A DNA stretch of 64,000 bases from a bacterium (GCA_965199855.1 OZ241326.1:2176001-2240000), one strand, 5' to 3'; positions 33,745 to 48,715 are shown, counted from the stretch's first letter. The notes: generated from the letters alone by a model not told the origin. Made by a program: numbers and translations.

Positions 33745-34905
33745 CTAGCGTTTAAGGGCCGCGACCACCTTGCCGGCGGCGTCGGCCATGCCGTCGCCCA
33801 CGGTGAAGTCGAGGCCCGAGCCTTCGAGTATCTCGCGCCCCTTCTCCACGTTCGTCCCCTCCATGCGGATGACGACGGGCGCGCTCACCTTCACGCTCCG
33901 GACCGCCTCCACCACGCCCTCGGCCAGAACGTCGCAGCGCAGGATGCCGCCGAAGATGTTGATGAAGACGGCCTTCACGCCGGGATCGTCCATCAGGATG
34001 CGGAAGGCGTTCTCCACCATCTCCCTGCTCGCGCCCCCGCCCACGTCCAGAAAGTTCGCCGGCGCGGCGCCCGCCAGCTTGATGATGTCCATGGTCGCCA
34101 TGGCCAGGCCCGCCCCGTTCACCATGCAGGCGACCGAGCCGTCGAGCTTGATGTAGTTCAGATTGTGGCGGGACGCCTCGACCTCGAGCGGGTCCTCCTC
34201 GTCCTCGTCGCGCATCGCCGCCGCCTCCTCGTGGCGGTAGAGCGCGTTGTCGTCGAGGTTCACCTTGGCGTCGAGCGCGAGGAGGCGGCCGTCCCTCGTC
34301 TGCACCAGGGGGTTGATTTCCACCAGGGAGGCGTCCATCTCGTCGTAGAAGCGGTAGAGGTTCGTGACGAAGCGGACGCCCTCCCGAACGAGGCCGGCGG
34401 GCAGGCCCAGCCCGTAGGCGGCGCGGCGCGCCGTCGAGGGCCAGACGGAGAGCGCCGGGTCCACCGGAATTTTCAGGAGTTTTTCGGGCGTTTTCGCGGC
34501 GACCTCCTCGATGTCCACCCCGCCCTCCGCGCTCGCCATGATGGTGGGGCGGCCCGAGGCGCGATCCAGCGTGACGCCGAGATACAGCTCGCGCTCGATC
34601 TCGCTCGCCTCCTCCACGAGCGCCTTCTTCACCAGGCGGCCGCCGGGGCCCGTCTGGTGCGTCACCAGCGTCATGCCGAGAATGTCCGCCGCCGCCGCCC
34701 GCGCCTCCGCCGGCGTCCCCGCCGCCTTGACGCCGCCGCCCTTGCCGCGCCCGCCGGCGTGAATCTGCGCCTTGACGACCACCGGCCCGCCCAGTTCGGA
34801 GGCGACCCTTTCGGCCTCCTCCGCCGTCTCGGCCACCTCGCCCCTGGGCACGGCCACGCCGTATTTCGCCAGCAGTTCCTTGGCCTGGTGCTCGTGGATG
34901 TTCAT
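33745..34905 (-). CDS. sucC: Succinyl-CoA synthetase beta subunit
   Basis: [41 protein letters not shown]. Confidence 0.97.
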   Translation of the reverse strand: MNIHEHQAKELLAKYGVAVPRGEVAETAEEAERVASELGGPVVVKAQIHAGGRGKGGGVKAAGTPAEARAAAADILGMTLVTHQTGPGGRLVKKALVEEASEIERELYLGVTLDRASGRPTIMASAEGGVDIEEVAAKTPEKLLKIPVDPALSVWPSTARRAAYGLGLPAGLVREGVRFVTNLYRFYDEMDASLVEINPLVQTRDGRLLALDAKVNLDDNALYRHEEAAAMRDEDEEDPLEVEASRHNLNYIKLDGSVACMVNGAGLAMATMDIIKLAGAAPANFLDVGGGASREMVENAFRILMDDPGVKAVFINIFGGILRCDVLAEGVVEAVRSVKVSAPVVIRMEGTNVEKGREILEGSGLDFTVGDGMADAAGKVVAALKR

Positions 34906-34976
34906 CCAGCCTCCTCATCCGGAAGAGAAGCGAACCGCGCCGTCGGAGGGCGGCTCATCGCGCGCCGCAGCCCCTC

Positions 34977-35528
34977 TCATCCCTCTTTGGCGAACGCCTT
35001 CCAGCCCTCCGCGAAAATGTCGCGCCCCCGGCTGTCCACGGCGACCACGACGGGAAACCTCTCGACCACCAGCCGGCGAATCGCCTCGGTTCCCAAATCC
35101 TCGTAGGCGATGAGCTCGACCTGCCTGACGCGCCGCGCCAGCAGGGCGGCCGCGCCGCCGACGGCGGCGAAATAGACGGCGCCGTGCCGCGCGATGGCCT
35201 CGACCACCTCGGGGCTTCTGCCCCCCTTGCCTATCATGCCGGCGAGGCCGAGCTCCAGCATCCGGGGCGTATAGGCGTCCATCCGGCCGCTCGTCGTGGG
35301 CCCCGCCGAGCCGATGATCGCCCCGGGCCGGGGCGGCGTCGGCCCCACGTAGAAAATCACCTGCCCCCTGACCTCGATGGGGAGCACCTCCCCGCGCCCC
35401 GCCTCCTCCAGCATCCGCTTGTGCGCCGCGTCGCGCGCCGCGTAGAGGACGCCGCTCAGCTCGCACGCCTCCCCCATCTCCAGGGACTCCGCAACGCCCG
35501 CGCCCAGCGGCAGGTCGATGGCCCTCAT
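34977..35528 (-). CDS. Class I fumarate hydratase (two-subunit Fe-S type), beta subunit
   Basis: ARDAAHKR, YVGPTP, GPTTSGRMD, GKGG, DLGTEAI; TCA context favours fumarase over tartrate dehydratase. Confidence 0.9.
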   Translation of the reverse strand: MRAIDLPLGAGVAESLEMGEACELSGVLYAARDAAHKRMLEEAGRGEVLPIEVRGQVIFYVGPTPPRPGAIIGSAGPTTSGRMDAYTPRMLELGLAGMIGKGGRSPEVVEAIARHGAVYFAAVGGAAALLARRVRQVELIAYEDLGTEAIRRLVVERFPVVVAVDSRGRDIFAEGWKAFAKEG

Positions 35529-35529
35529 C

Positions 35530-36372
35530 CTAGAGCGCGGCCTCGGCGTGGCGATGCGCGTGGCACTCCACGTTCACGCAGATCGGCAGCGCCCCGATGT
35601 GGCAGGCGTAGGCTTCGACGTGGGCGGCGACGCAGGTAACCTCGCCGCCCATGCCCATCGGCCCCACGCCGGTCGCGTTCACCGCCTCCACGACGTCGCG
35701 CTCCAGCTCGGCGAGGAGCGAATCGGGGCTGGGCGCGCCCAGCTCCCGGAAGAGCGCCCATTTGGCCAGCAGCGCCGCCTTCTCGATCGAGCCGCCCAGG
35801 CCGATTCCCAGCAGAACGGGGGGGCAGGGATTGCCGCCCGACTCGAAGACGCGCTCGACGATCGTCCGGATGACGCCCTCGCGCCCGTCGGAGGGCTTGA
35901 GCATCCGCGCCATGCTCATGTTCTCGGCGCCCGTCCCCTTGGCGGCGAAGTAGAGCTTCAGGCGATCCCCGGCGACGACGCGGTAGTGGATGACGGCGGG
36001 CGTGTTGTCCTTCGTGTTCACGCGCCGGAGCGGGTCGTTCACCACCGAGCCGCGCAGGTAGCCGTCCCGGTAGCCCTGGCGAATCCCCTCGTTGATGGCG
36101 TCCTCCAGAAGCCCGCCCGTCACGCGGACGTCCTGCCCCAGCTCGACGAACACGATGGAGACGCCCGTGTCCTGGCAGTAGGGCACGCGCTCGGCGGAGG
36201 CGAGCGCCGCGTTCTCGGTGATCTGGTCGAGCACCATGAGGCCGAGGGCGGAGGTCTCGCGGCCCTTCGCCTCCTCGACCTTCGCCACGTAGGCGGGATC
36301 GACGCGGTAGTTCGACTCGATGGCCATCTCGCGGATCCTGGCCGTCACCTCGCCCGCGTCTATCGTTCGCAT
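35530..36372 (-). CDS. Class I fumarate hydratase (two-subunit Fe-S type), alpha subunit
   Basis: PYCQDTG, KGTGAEN, GNPCPP, GPMGMGG, CHAHRH. Confidence 0.9.
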   Translation of the reverse strand: MRTIDAGEVTARIREMAIESNYRVDPAYVAKVEEAKGRETSALGLMVLDQITENAALASAERVPYCQDTGVSIVFVELGQDVRVTGGLLEDAINEGIRQGYRDGYLRGSVVNDPLRRVNTKDNTPAVIHYRVVAGDRLKLYFAAKGTGAENMSMARMLKPSDGREGVIRTIVERVFESGGNPCPPVLLGIGLGGSIEKAALLAKWALFRELGAPSPDSLLAELERDVVEAVNATGVGPMGMGGEVTCVAAHVEAYACHIGALPICVNVECHAHRHAEAAL

Positions 36373-36421
36373 GGCCCGCCCGTCCCCAAGGCGCTCGCCG
36401 CCCGCCGCGGAGGCGGCGCGC

Positions 36422-40166
<3,745 letters not shown>

Positions 40167-42299
40167 TCATGTCCCTCCCGCCTCGACGGCTTCAATGAAG
40201 CGGGCGAGCTCCTCGCCGATGCCTTCCAGCTCGTTATTGTCTGTCGGTCTCCCCGCGGCGTCATAGCCGATATCCCCGGCTACCGCCATGAATACCGGAG
40301 AATCGCCCAATACGCTTCGCTTTCGCTCCGCATATTCCCGCTCCATGGTTTCCCGGAGCGCATCGATTTTTCCCCGGCATTCGGCGCCGACCCGCTTTTT
40401 CCATTCCCTATAGTCTTCGGACAGGCTCAACGCTTTGCCTTCCAGCCCTTCCGGATTGTCAAAGCCTCTGAGTTCCTTGATCCGCCGCTTCTTCTCCGCG
40501 TCAATCTCCCGCAACTGCTCCGGAAAATCATGCTCTTCCCTGATTTCGTCCCGTATCTCCGCTTTCCGGTTGCGGATCTCGGCGGTTGCTTCCGAAGTCC
40601 GCTTTTTCAGGAACAGCACCGAGGTTTTCACCCCCGCCCCTTTCGCCTGAAACGCGGTTTGGGGCATGGACGCCACCGCCACGAGGCGGAAATTCTCCTC
40701 CATGCCCTCCCGCGCGTATTGGAGGCTGGAGTTGGTCAGGATGCCGTCGGGTATGACGATCGCCAGATAGCCTCCCTCGGCGAGAAACCTGTGGCATTGC
40801 TCGATAAACAGAATTTCGGAGCTCTGGCTGTCCCGGACTGTTTCCTTGCTCTTCGGGTTCAGCCAGTCGGCTTTCTTGAGCGCGTAATCGTAGTGGCGCA
40901 TGTAGGCTTGCTCGGTTCGCTTGATCTGGGAGCCGAACGGCGGATTCGTGATGATGAAGTGGAAGCGTCCGTAAACGAATCCGTTGTTTCTCGTGAGAGA
41001 AAAAATATCGTCAGCGGACATCAGCCCGTCGGCGGCGATCACGTTCGTATGGCCGTCATCGTGGAGAATCATGTTCATCTTGGCGGTTCTGGCGATTCGA
41101 TCGTTGATTTCGATGCCGAATATGTTTTTTTCCGCGAAGCTGCGCCAGTGCCTGTCATAGTCTCTTGATTCCGCCAGATCTGCTTCAAAATTCGGATAGT
41201 ATTCACTCGCCTGCCGCCTGACCTTGTCAAGCGCGTGAAGCAGAAACCCGCCGCTGCCGCAGGAGGTATCCAGAACCAGCGAGTCATTGGTTATCGGCAG
41301 CGCGTCCACGATGAACTTCACGATGGGGCGAGGGGTGAAGAACTGCCCGAACTCTCCACGAAAATAAGAACCCATGAAAGTTTCAAAGGCCTTGCCCCTG
41401 CTGTCCAGATCGGTTTTTCCAAAATCGACGCCTTCCAGATAGCCGACGACGGTGCGCAACTTTTCGCAGCCGAGGCGAATATCCTCCTGAAAGACTTCGG
41501 GGTCTTTTTGCCGCCCCTCGGCATACAGGGCGCGGACGCGCTTTTGCAGTCCCTTGTTCGTCTTGTCTTCCGTGCTTTCGGTGAACACCTGAAAATCGTA
41601 GGGTTCCCCCTTTCTCCTGGGCTTTTTCTCGTCCCACATTTTGCAGAAAATCAGCTTGTTCAACTCGTCGAAGGCTAGCGAGGGGTCGAGTTGCCCACCC
41701 CCCCAAAGCGCCTGATGCGCCTGTCTGAACCTTCTCGTCAGCGCGTCTTCCGTTATGGCTTCGAGCTCGAACAGCCTTTGTCCGTTGGCGGAACCCCCGC
41801 CCCGGGCGTATTTGAACCTGGCGAGCCGGCTGACGCCGTATTGCGGGATATCGGGAATGGGCAAGCGCTTCTTCGGCTCTTTTTCGGGAATCTCGAAGCA
41901 GGCGTCTTTTATTCGGGAGGTTACCCAGAAATACCTGGCCCGGACTGTTCCCGTGGCGGCGTAGCTGAAAGCCTGGGCGACGGCCTGCTCGAACTCGGCT
42001 TCGGAGACGTCCTCCGCCTTGCACTCGACGACGATATGGGCGGATTCACGCTCATCGTCGTTATAGACGATAATATCCGCCTCTCTGGTGTCCGCGCCGA
42101 TTTTTACCGGAACGAACTGCTCTATGCGCTCCGGGGCGTAGCGATAAACCAGAACCAGTTTGAGGAACGTCTCCGCCTGGACGGACTCTTCCGGCCGCGC
42201 GTAATTTCGCCTCTTGCCCTGGCGAACGTAGGTGATGTATTTCCCGTCGTCATCAAACGCGATCAAGCCTTTGTCTATTCCTTCGCGCAACAGATCCAT
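40167..42299 (-). CDS. Fused PD-(D/E)xK endonuclease + N6-adenine DNA methyltransferase (Type IIG/IIB-like)
   Basis: N-terminal PEE...ADIIVY...IVVECK; GQFFTPR; motif I LDTSCGSGGFL; motif IV ITNPPFG; no helicase HsdR adjacent. Confidence 0.9.
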   Translation of the reverse strand: MDLLREGIDKGLIAFDDDGKYITYVRQGKRRNYARPEESVQAETFLKLVLVYRYAPERIEQFVPVKIGADTREADIIVYNDDERESAHIVVECKAEDVSEAEFEQAVAQAFSYAATGTVRARYFWVTSRIKDACFEIPEKEPKKRLPIPDIPQYGVSRLARFKYARGGGSANGQRLFELEAITEDALTRRFRQAHQALWGGGQLDPSLAFDELNKLIFCKMWDEKKPRRKGEPYDFQVFTESTEDKTNKGLQKRVRALYAEGRQKDPEVFQEDIRLGCEKLRTVVGYLEGVDFGKTDLDSRGKAFETFMGSYFRGEFGQFFTPRPIVKFIVDALPITNDSLVLDTSCGSGGFLLHALDKVRRQASEYYPNFEADLAESRDYDRHWRSFAEKNIFGIEINDRIARTAKMNMILHDDGHTNVIAADGLMSADDIFSLTRNNGFVYGRFHFIITNPPFGSQIKRTEQAYMRHYDYALKKADWLNPKSKETVRDSQSSEILFIEQCHRFLAEGGYLAIVIPDGILTNSSLQYAREGMEENFRLVAVASMPQTAFQAKGAGVKTSVLFLKKRTSEATAEIRNRKAEIRDEIREEHDFPEQLREIDAEKKRRIKELRGFDNPEGLEGKALSLSEDYREWKKRVGAECRGKIDALRETMEREYAERKRSVLGDSPVFMAVAGDIGYDAAGRPTDNNELEGIGEELARFIEAVEAGGT

Positions 42300-42649
42300 T
42301 CGCTTCTCATTTTCAGGAGGGGCTCGACACTATACGGGGGACGGGAGGGCGGATTCGACCATGCCATGAAAGCGAACCCGGTCGCCCCTTCCATATCACG
42401 TTCGCGCGGCTGACGCCAACCCGATCGGCGGAAATTTTCGATTCCGATGGAGTTTCGCCCCTCGGCTGTGGTAGGGTGGCCGCGCGTCAGCGGGAGGCGC
42501 CGCCCTTGCTCTCGTCACAGCCGCTTCCCGGTTCTTCGCCCGCGAAACGGCGAACCGGCCCGAAAGGCCCGCCGCCCGCGCGCCGATGAGCAAAGTCCGC
42601 AGAATCAACCCGTTGCGCTCTCCTCCCCCGGCCCGAGGCACGGCCCGCC

Positions 42650-43480
42650 ATGACGCGCCCCGCCAGACGAAGGCTCGGCCAGCATTTCCTGCACGAGAAG
42701 AGGTATCTCTCGCAAATCATTGATTTGGCTGAAATCGCGCCTGGAGAGGACGTGCTGGAAATCGGCGTCGGCGAAGGGGCGCTCACGCGCTTCCTCCTTG
42801 ACGCGGGCGCGCGCGTCCACGGCGTGGAGATAGACGACGCGCTCATCCCCCCCCTGCGCTCCCTCGAAGCCGCCAGCGAGCGCTTCCGCCTGATTCACGC
42901 AGACGCCCTCGCCCTCGACTACGACGCGTTGCCCGCCAGGATGAAGGTGGCGGCGAACCTTCCCTACCAAATCGCATCAGGCATCATCCTGCAACTCATT
43001 GAAAAATATGAGAAATTTCCCTTCATGATCCTCATGGCGCAGCGCGAGGCGGGCGAGCGGATCTGCGCGGAGCCGGGCGGGAAGGACTACGGCGCGCTCA
43101 CCCTGCGGGTGGGCTACCGCTTCGAGGCGCGGCTGTGCGGGACGGTTCCTCCGGGGGCGTTCCGCCCCCCGCCCGGGGTGGATTCCGCCCTCGTCCGCCT
43201 CAAGGCGAGAGAAGCCCCCCAGGTGGAGGTGGGGGACGAGAGCCTCTATTTCCGGCTCATCCGGGCGGGCTTCGCCCACCGCAGAAAGACGCTGCTCAAC
43301 AATCTCAGGTCGCTGGATTCGGGCGGGCTTGAGAAAGGAGAGCGCCGGGGCTTGCGCCCGGAGGACTGGCGAGGTCTCCTCGAAGGGCTGGGAATCGACC
43401 CCGGAAGGCGCGCCGAGACCCTCTCGGCCGGCGAGTTCGCGCGAATCGCCCGCGCCGTCGAGTCGAGGGGGCGGCCTTGA
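42650..43480 (+). CDS. rsmA: 16S rRNA adenine dimethyltransferase
   Basis: LGQHFL, VLEIGVGEGALT, ANLPYQI, FRPPPGVDSA, FAHRRKTL. Confidence 0.96.
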   Translation: MTRPARRRLGQHFLHEKRYLSQIIDLAEIAPGEDVLEIGVGEGALTRFLLDAGARVHGVEIDDALIPPLRSLEAASERFRLIHADALALDYDALPARMKVAANLPYQIASGIILQLIEKYEKFPFMILMAQREAGERICAEPGGKDYGALTLRVGYRFEARLCGTVPPGAFRPPPGVDSALVRLKAREAPQVEVGDESLYFRLIRAGFAHRRKTLLNNLRSLDSGGLEKGERRGLRPEDWRGLLEGLGIDPGRRAETLSAGEFARIARAVESRGRP

Positions 43481-44382
43481 GCGGCGGAATCCTGATCTAC
43501 CGCATGGGGGCGTTCGGGGACACGCTCCTGCTCGCGCCGCTGCTCGGACGCCTGCGGGAGGCGCGCCCGGGCGTTCGCCTCACCCTGGCGGCGAACCCCG
43601 CATACGCCGCTCCCCTGCTCGACGCGGGGCTGGCGGAGGAGATTCTGGACGGGGGCGCGCCTCCCTTTCATCTTCTCTATGACGGGCGGCCATCGGAGAA
43701 CGACGCGCTCGCCCGGCTCATCCGGCGGCATGACGCCTGCGTCTTCTACACCGCCGACCGCTCGGGAGAGCTGGCGAGGCGGCTGCGTTCATCGAGGCCG
43801 GAGAAATGCCGCGTCCACCCCCCTTTCCCGCCGGAGGGGGAGAGCGTTCACGTCTGCGCGTGGATGACGCGGGCGTGGCCCGGCCTGAGCGCGTCCGCGC
43901 CTGAAAGCATGAAGCTGACGCCTTCGGAAAACAGCCTGTCTGAGGCGGACAACCTATTGAAAAAAAATGGCTTGCGACCTTCCCGCTTCTTCATCCTCCA
44001 TCCCGGCGGAGGGGGCGAGAGAAAATGGCCGCCGCCCGACGTTCTCGCGGAGATGGGCCGCGCCCTCGCGCGCGAAACGGGGCATCAGCCGGTCGTGGCG
44101 GAAGGGCCGGCGGATTCGATCGCCAGCGAGAATTTCCAGAAGCTCCCGGGCGCGCCCCTGCCGGTCCTCAGGGAAACGCCGCCCGTCATCCTGGGCGCCC
44201 TGCTCTCGAGGTCGTCCGGGTATATCGGGGGCGATTCCGGCGTCTCCCATCTCGCCTCTCTCTACGCGCCGCGCGCCTCGATACTGTATGGCCCCCATTC
44301 CGACATGAGGGTCTGGCGACCGATAGGCTCCCGAACGCGCTGCCTGTCCTGGGAGGCGGAGCGGAGGAGCGCGTTCGGGTGA
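43477..44382 (+). CDS. Glycosyltransferase family 9 (heptosyltransferase-like)
   Basis: RMGAFGDTLL, LHPGGGGERKWP, GGDSGVSHLAS, LYGP...WRP. Confidence 0.85.
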   Translation: MSGGILIYRMGAFGDTLLLAPLLGRLREARPGVRLTLAANPAYAAPLLDAGLAEEILDGGAPPFHLLYDGRPSENDALARLIRRHDACVFYTADRSGELARRLRSSRPEKCRVHPPFPPEGESVHVCAWMTRAWPGLSASAPESMKLTPSENSLSEADNLLKKNGLRPSRFFILHPGGGGERKWPPPDVLAEMGRALARETGHQPVVAEGPADSIASENFQKLPGAPLPVLRETPPVILGALLSRSSGYIGGDSGVSHLASLYAPRASILYGPHSDMRVWRPIGSRTRCLSWEAERRSAFG

Positions 44383-44465
44383 CGGCGCGATCGGCGCGCG
44401 TCGGGAGATTTCCCGTCCCGCGGCGTTCATTCCGGCGGGGAGAGACTGCCGCGGCGCGGCGGGCC

Positions 44466-45176
44466 TCAGCCGAGGATGTTCGCCAGCCTGCCCCAGCGCG
44501 GCGAGCCCGAATCCCCGTTCCATGACCAGTAGATCATGAAGGCGGAGCCCCGAATCTTGTCGTCCCAGCAGGGCGCGGACCACAGCGAGCAGGGAAAGGG
44601 CAGGCCGAAGGAGTAATCCCAAAAGCGTATGGGGATGTGATCCGCGCGCTCGCCCACCTTCAGAAAGCCCCAGAAGCGGCTGTCCTGGCTGTTGTTGCGG
44701 TTGTCGCCCAGCATGAAGAGGTGGCCCGGCGGGACCTTGCGGGGGCCCCATTCGCTCTCGAGGCTCCCGGCGGCGCCGTTGGGCTTGAAGCGCGCGTATT
44801 TCTCCTCCAGCGGCTCGCAGTTTCGGGGCGCGTCCGGCGTCGCGCAGTTGATGAAGACCCTTTTTCCGCGAACCATCACCACCTCGCCCGGCAGCGCGAC
44901 CACCCGCTTGATGAAGTCCCGCCGCTCATCCTTGGGAAAGCGGAACACGATGATGTCCCCGCGCCTCGGCTTCCGCAGCCAGTAGATGAACTTGTTGACG
45001 AGTATGTGGTCTCCGACGAGGAGGGTGTTCTCCATGGAGCCGGAGGGTATCTTGAACGCCTGCACGACGAAGGCGCGCACGAACAGCGCCAGCAGCAGGG
45101 CGATGACGATCGCCTCGGCGTATTCCCGAAAAACGGATTTCGACTTTCGCCCGCGCCCCGCCTTCTCGTCCGACAC
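44466..45176 (-). CDS. lepB: Signal peptidase I
   Basis: TM segment, IPSGSMENTL, FIKRVVALPG, LGDNRNNSQDSRFWG; follows lepA. Confidence 0.95.
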   Translation of the reverse strand: MSDEKAGRGRKSKSVFREYAEAIVIALLLALFVRAFVVQAFKIPSGSMENTLLVGDHILVNKFIYWLRKPRRGDIIVFRFPKDERRDFIKRVVALPGEVVMVRGKRVFINCATPDAPRNCEPLEEKYARFKPNGAAGSLESEWGPRKVPPGHLFMLGDNRNNSQDSRFWGFLKVGERADHIPIRFWDYSFGLPFPCSLWSAPCWDDKIRGSAFMIYWSWNGDSGSPRWGRLANILG

Positions 45177-45180
45177 GCCC

Positions 45181-46983
45181 CTACTCCTTGCCCACGTCCA
45201 GAACCGCCATGAACGCCTCCTGGGGCACCTCGACGGTGCCGATGTTCTTCATGCGCTTCTTGCCCTCGCGCTGCTTTTCCAGCAACTTTCGCTTCCGCGT
45301 AATGTCGCCGCCGTAGCATTTCGCCGTAACGTCCTTCCGCAGCGCGCGAATCGTCTCCCGCGCGATCACCCGGTTGCCGACCGCCGCCTGAATGACCACC
45401 TCGAACATCTGCTTCGGGATGATCTCCTTCATCTTCCGCACCAGCGCGCGGCCGTGATAATAGGCCTTCTCCTTGTGGATGATGGTGGAAAACGGGTCGA
45501 TGGGCTGTCCGTTCAGCAGGACGTCCAGCTTCACCATCTCCGCCGGACGGTAGTCGAGGCGCTCGTAGTCGAAACTCGCGTATCCCCGGGAGGCGGACTT
45601 CAGCTTGTCGTAGAAATCGAAGAGTATCTCGCTGAAGGGCAGCTCATAGACGATCTGCACGGTATTCGTATCGATGTATTCCATGGAGCGCTGCGCGCCG
45701 CGCTTCTCCTGCGCCAGCCTGAGAACGCCGCCCACGTATTCGGCGGGCGCGAGGATGGTGCCCAGAATGAAGGGCTCCTCGATGGCCTCGATTCTCGACA
45801 GTTCGGGCAGCTTCGCGGGACTGTCGATTTCCGCGACCGTCGAATCGCTCAGCAGGACGCGGAAAATCACCGTCGGCGCCGTGATGATGAGCGTGAGGTC
45901 GTATTCGCGCTCGAGCCTCTCGCGGATGATCTCCATGTGCAGAAGCCCCAGGAACCCGCACCGGAAGCCGAACCCCAGAGCGACCGAGGTTTCCGGCTCG
46001 TAGGTGAAGGCCGAATCGTTGAGCCGGAGCTTCTCCAGCGCCGTCCTCAAGTCCTCATACTCGGCGCTGTCCGCCGCATACAGGCCGCTGTAGACCATCG
46101 CCTTCGGCTCCCGGAAGCCCTGAATGGCCTCGCGCGCGGGGTTTTTCGCCAGCGTGATGGTGTCGCCCACCCGGGTGTCGCTCACCTCCCGTATCGAAGC
46201 GGACAGGATGCCCACCTCGCCCGGCCCGATTTCCTCTCTCCTGATCTCGCGGGGCGTGAACGCGCCCAGACTCAGCACCTGGTATTCCTTGCCGGTGGCC
46301 ATGAAGCGGACGCCGTCGCCCTTGCGAATGGTTCCCTCGAACATGCGAAACAGCGGGATGGCGCCCTGGTAGGAATCATACCAGGAATCTATCACGAGCC
46401 CCCGCGGGGAGGCTTCCGGCTCTCCGCCCGGAGGCGGAATCCGCTCCACGATCGCCTCGAGGAGCGCGTCCACGCCCTCCCCCTGCTTCGCGCTCACCGT
46501 CAGGCACTCCTCCGCGGCGATGCCGATGACGTCCTCCACCTGCCGCATCACGCGATCGGGGTCGGCCGCCGGCAGGTCGATCTTGTTGATCACCGGTATG
46601 ATGACCAAGTCCTGCTCCAGCGCCAGATAGGCGTTCGCCATCGTCTGCGCCTGGATGCCCTGGGTGGCGTCAACGAGCAGCAGGGCGCCCTCGCAGGCCT
46701 GGAGGCTTCGGGAAACCTCGTAGCTGAAGTCCACGTGGCCGGGCGTATCGATGAGGTTGAAGACGTATTCCCCGCCCTTCGGCGACCTGTAGAGGATGCG
46801 GACCGTGGCCGCCTTGATGGTGATGCCCCGCTCCTGCTCCAGCGCCATCGAATCCAGCACCTGGGAGGACATCTCGCGCTCTGAAAGCGCTCCCGTCGTT
46901 TCGAGAATGCGATCCGCCAGGGTGGATTTTCCATGGTCGATATGCGCGATGATGGAAAAGTTTCTGATTCTCTCGATGCTCAC
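45181..46983 (-). CDS. lepA: Translation elongation factor 4
   Basis: [47 protein letters not shown]. Confidence 0.98.
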   Translation of the reverse strand: MSIERIRNFSIIAHIDHGKSTLADRILETTGALSEREMSSQVLDSMALEQERGITIKAATVRILYRSPKGGEYVFNLIDTPGHVDFSYEVSRSLQACEGALLLVDATQGIQAQTMANAYLALEQDLVIIPVINKIDLPAADPDRVMRQVEDVIGIAAEECLTVSAKQGEGVDALLEAIVERIPPPGGEPEASPRGLVIDSWYDSYQGAIPLFRMFEGTIRKGDGVRFMATGKEYQVLSLGAFTPREIRREEIGPGEVGILSASIREVSDTRVGDTITLAKNPAREAIQGFREPKAMVYSGLYAADSAEYEDLRTALEKLRLNDSAFTYEPETSVALGFGFRCGFLGLLHMEIIRERLEREYDLTLIITAPTVIFRVLLSDSTVAEIDSPAKLPELSRIEAIEEPFILGTILAPAEYVGGVLRLAQEKRGAQRSMEYIDTNTVQIVYELPFSEILFDFYDKLKSASRGYASFDYERLDYRPAEMVKLDVLLNGQPIDPFSTIIHKEKAYYHGRALVRKMKEIIPKQMFEVVIQAAVGNRVIARETIRALRKDVTAKCYGGDITRKRKLLEKQREGKKRMKNIGTVEVPQEAFMAVLDVGKE

Positions 46984-47136
46984 GGCCGGGAAAAATCTCT
47001 CAGGGAAGGCGAATGGCGCGAATGCCGGAACCGCGTGACGTCAGCTGAAAGCACCGCCCCTCACCTTCGGTTCCCGCGCGGATGACGAAAAGCGACGCCG
47101 AAAGAGGCGCTGAACCCCCCGGCATCGGGCGAACAC

Positions 47137-47201
47137 GCTATATCAGACTTCTCCGCGCCCGGTCAAATGGATTGCCCCCCGGGAACGCGCGGTGCTAGGA
47201 T
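47137..47201. promoter_or_regulatory. Putative back-to-back sigma70 promoters for lepA (-) and the protease gene (+)
   Basis: Minus: TTGACC-18 nt-TATAGC with extended TG; plus: TTGCCC-18 nt-TAGGAT with extended TG. Confidence 0.45.
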
Positions 47202-47269
47202 GCGCGAAGGGGCGCGCCTCGCTCACCCGCGCGCATTTCGCACCCGACGGAGCGGGATACCTTCAGCCC

Positions 47270-48667
47270 ATGCGTCGCCGCGGCCGAGACACCCTCATCC
47301 GCTTTTCCCTGCTGTCCGCCTTCGTCCTGTGCGCGCCGCCCGCGTCGGCGGAGAAGGAGCGCCCCTTCGGCGGACGCCTCATCATCGAAGCGGTCAGGAA
47401 GCTGCGGCCCTCCGTCGCGCATATCCGCGCGAAGCCGGGAGGCGCCGCGGCGAATCCCCTGCTCGACTTCTTCGGCAGGGGCAGGCGAAGGGAGGGCCCG
47501 CCCCGGTTCGATCAGGACGAGGCCGCCTACGGCGTAGGCGCGGGGATCATCGTCTCGAAAGAAGGGCACATCCTGACGAACCACCACGTCGTCAGGAACG
47601 CCCAGGAGATTCTGGTCAAACTCCACCGGGGCGAGGAATTCCCGGCCCGCCTGCTCGGCGTGGACGAGAAAACCGACCTCGCCCTCCTGAAGATCAAGCC
47701 TCCCGCGGACCTCCGGCCGGCAACTCTCGGCGATTCCGACAAAGCGGAGGTCGGCCAGTGGGTTCTGGCGATCGGCAGCCCTTTCGGCCTGGCGAATTCC
47801 GTATCCGTAGGCGTCATCAGCGGCAAGGAGCGGGATTTGAAGGAAGGCCCCTTTGACGAGTATCTCCAGACGGACGCCTCCATCAACCCGGGCAATTCCG
47901 GCGGGCCGCTCGCCGACGCGAAAGGCGCCGTCATCGGCGTCAACACGGCGATATTCTCCCGCGGCTCGCGCGCCTGGAGCCTGGGCGTCGGCTTCGCCAT
48001 TCCGATAAACCAGGCCAGGGCCGTCATCGACTCCCTGCGCCACAGGGGCTATCCGATACGGGGCCGGCTGGGGGCGGCCGTGGCCGCCGTCCCCCCGAAG
48101 GAGGGGAAAGACCTGGGGCTGGCCCGCTCCCAGGGCGCGAAGCTCGCCGAGGTCGCGCGCGGCGGCCCCGCCCACCACGCCGGCCTGCGCCGGGGGGACG
48201 TGGTGGTCGAATTCGACGGCAAGCCGGTGAGCACCTGGCAGAGCCTTCCCCGCATCGTCGCCCGCGCGAAGCCGGATTCCCTCGTCCAGGTGAAGTTTTA
48301 CCGCGAAAAGCGCCTGGAGAGCGTCTATGTCCGCCTGGGGAGCCGGCCCGAGGCGCCGCATTCCCGAAAGACGCCGGGCCGGACGAGCCTGGGCATGAAG
48401 GTCGAGGCGCTCACCCCGCACCTCGCCCGCCGCTTCGGGCTGGATTACGGCGAGAGCAAACTGGTGGTTTCCTCGATTCTGCGGGGCGGGGCGGCGGAGC
48501 GCGGCGGAATCAGGCCGGGCGACGAGATAGCGGAAGCGAACCACAAGCCCGTCCGGACGATAGAGGAGCTTCGGGAGGCCATCGACGCGTCCCGGCTCGA
48601 CGGCTTCGTCCTCCTCCTTCTCAAGCGAAAAGGAACCAACCTCTTCGCCGCCCTCCAAATCAAATAG
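47270..48667 (+). CDS. Do/DegQ (HtrA) family periplasmic serine protease with two PDZ domains
   Basis: Signal peptide, ILTNHHVV, TDLALLKI, QTDASINPGNSGGPL, two PDZ-like regions. Confidence 0.94.
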   Translation: MRRRGRDTLIRFSLLSAFVLCAPPASAEKERPFGGRLIIEAVRKLRPSVAHIRAKPGGAAANPLLDFFGRGRRREGPPRFDQDEAAYGVGAGIIVSKEGHILTNHHVVRNAQEILVKLHRGEEFPARLLGVDEKTDLALLKIKPPADLRPATLGDSDKAEVGQWVLAIGSPFGLANSVSVGVISGKERDLKEGPFDEYLQTDASINPGNSGGPLADAKGAVIGVNTAIFSRGSRAWSLGVGFAIPINQARAVIDSLRHRGYPIRGRLGAAVAAVPPKEGKDLGLARSQGAKLAEVARGGPAHHAGLRRGDVVVEFDGKPVSTWQSLPRIVARAKPDSLVQVKFYREKRLESVYVRLGSRPEAPHSRKTPGRTSLGMKVEALTPHLARRFGLDYGESKLVVSSILRGGAAERGGIRPGDEIAEANHKPVRTIEELREAIDASRLDGFVLLLLKRKGTNLFAALQIK

Positions 48668-48715
48668 CGCCTTCAGGACAGGCCCGGGCCGGCGCCCGCC
48701 GAACGGACGGCTTTC

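Noticed and set aside
47040-47085. Glycine riboswitch (ACCGAAGG...CTTTCAG on minus strand)
   Set aside because: Lacks the GGAGAG and complete CTCTCAGG elements; downstream genes are unrelated to glycine.
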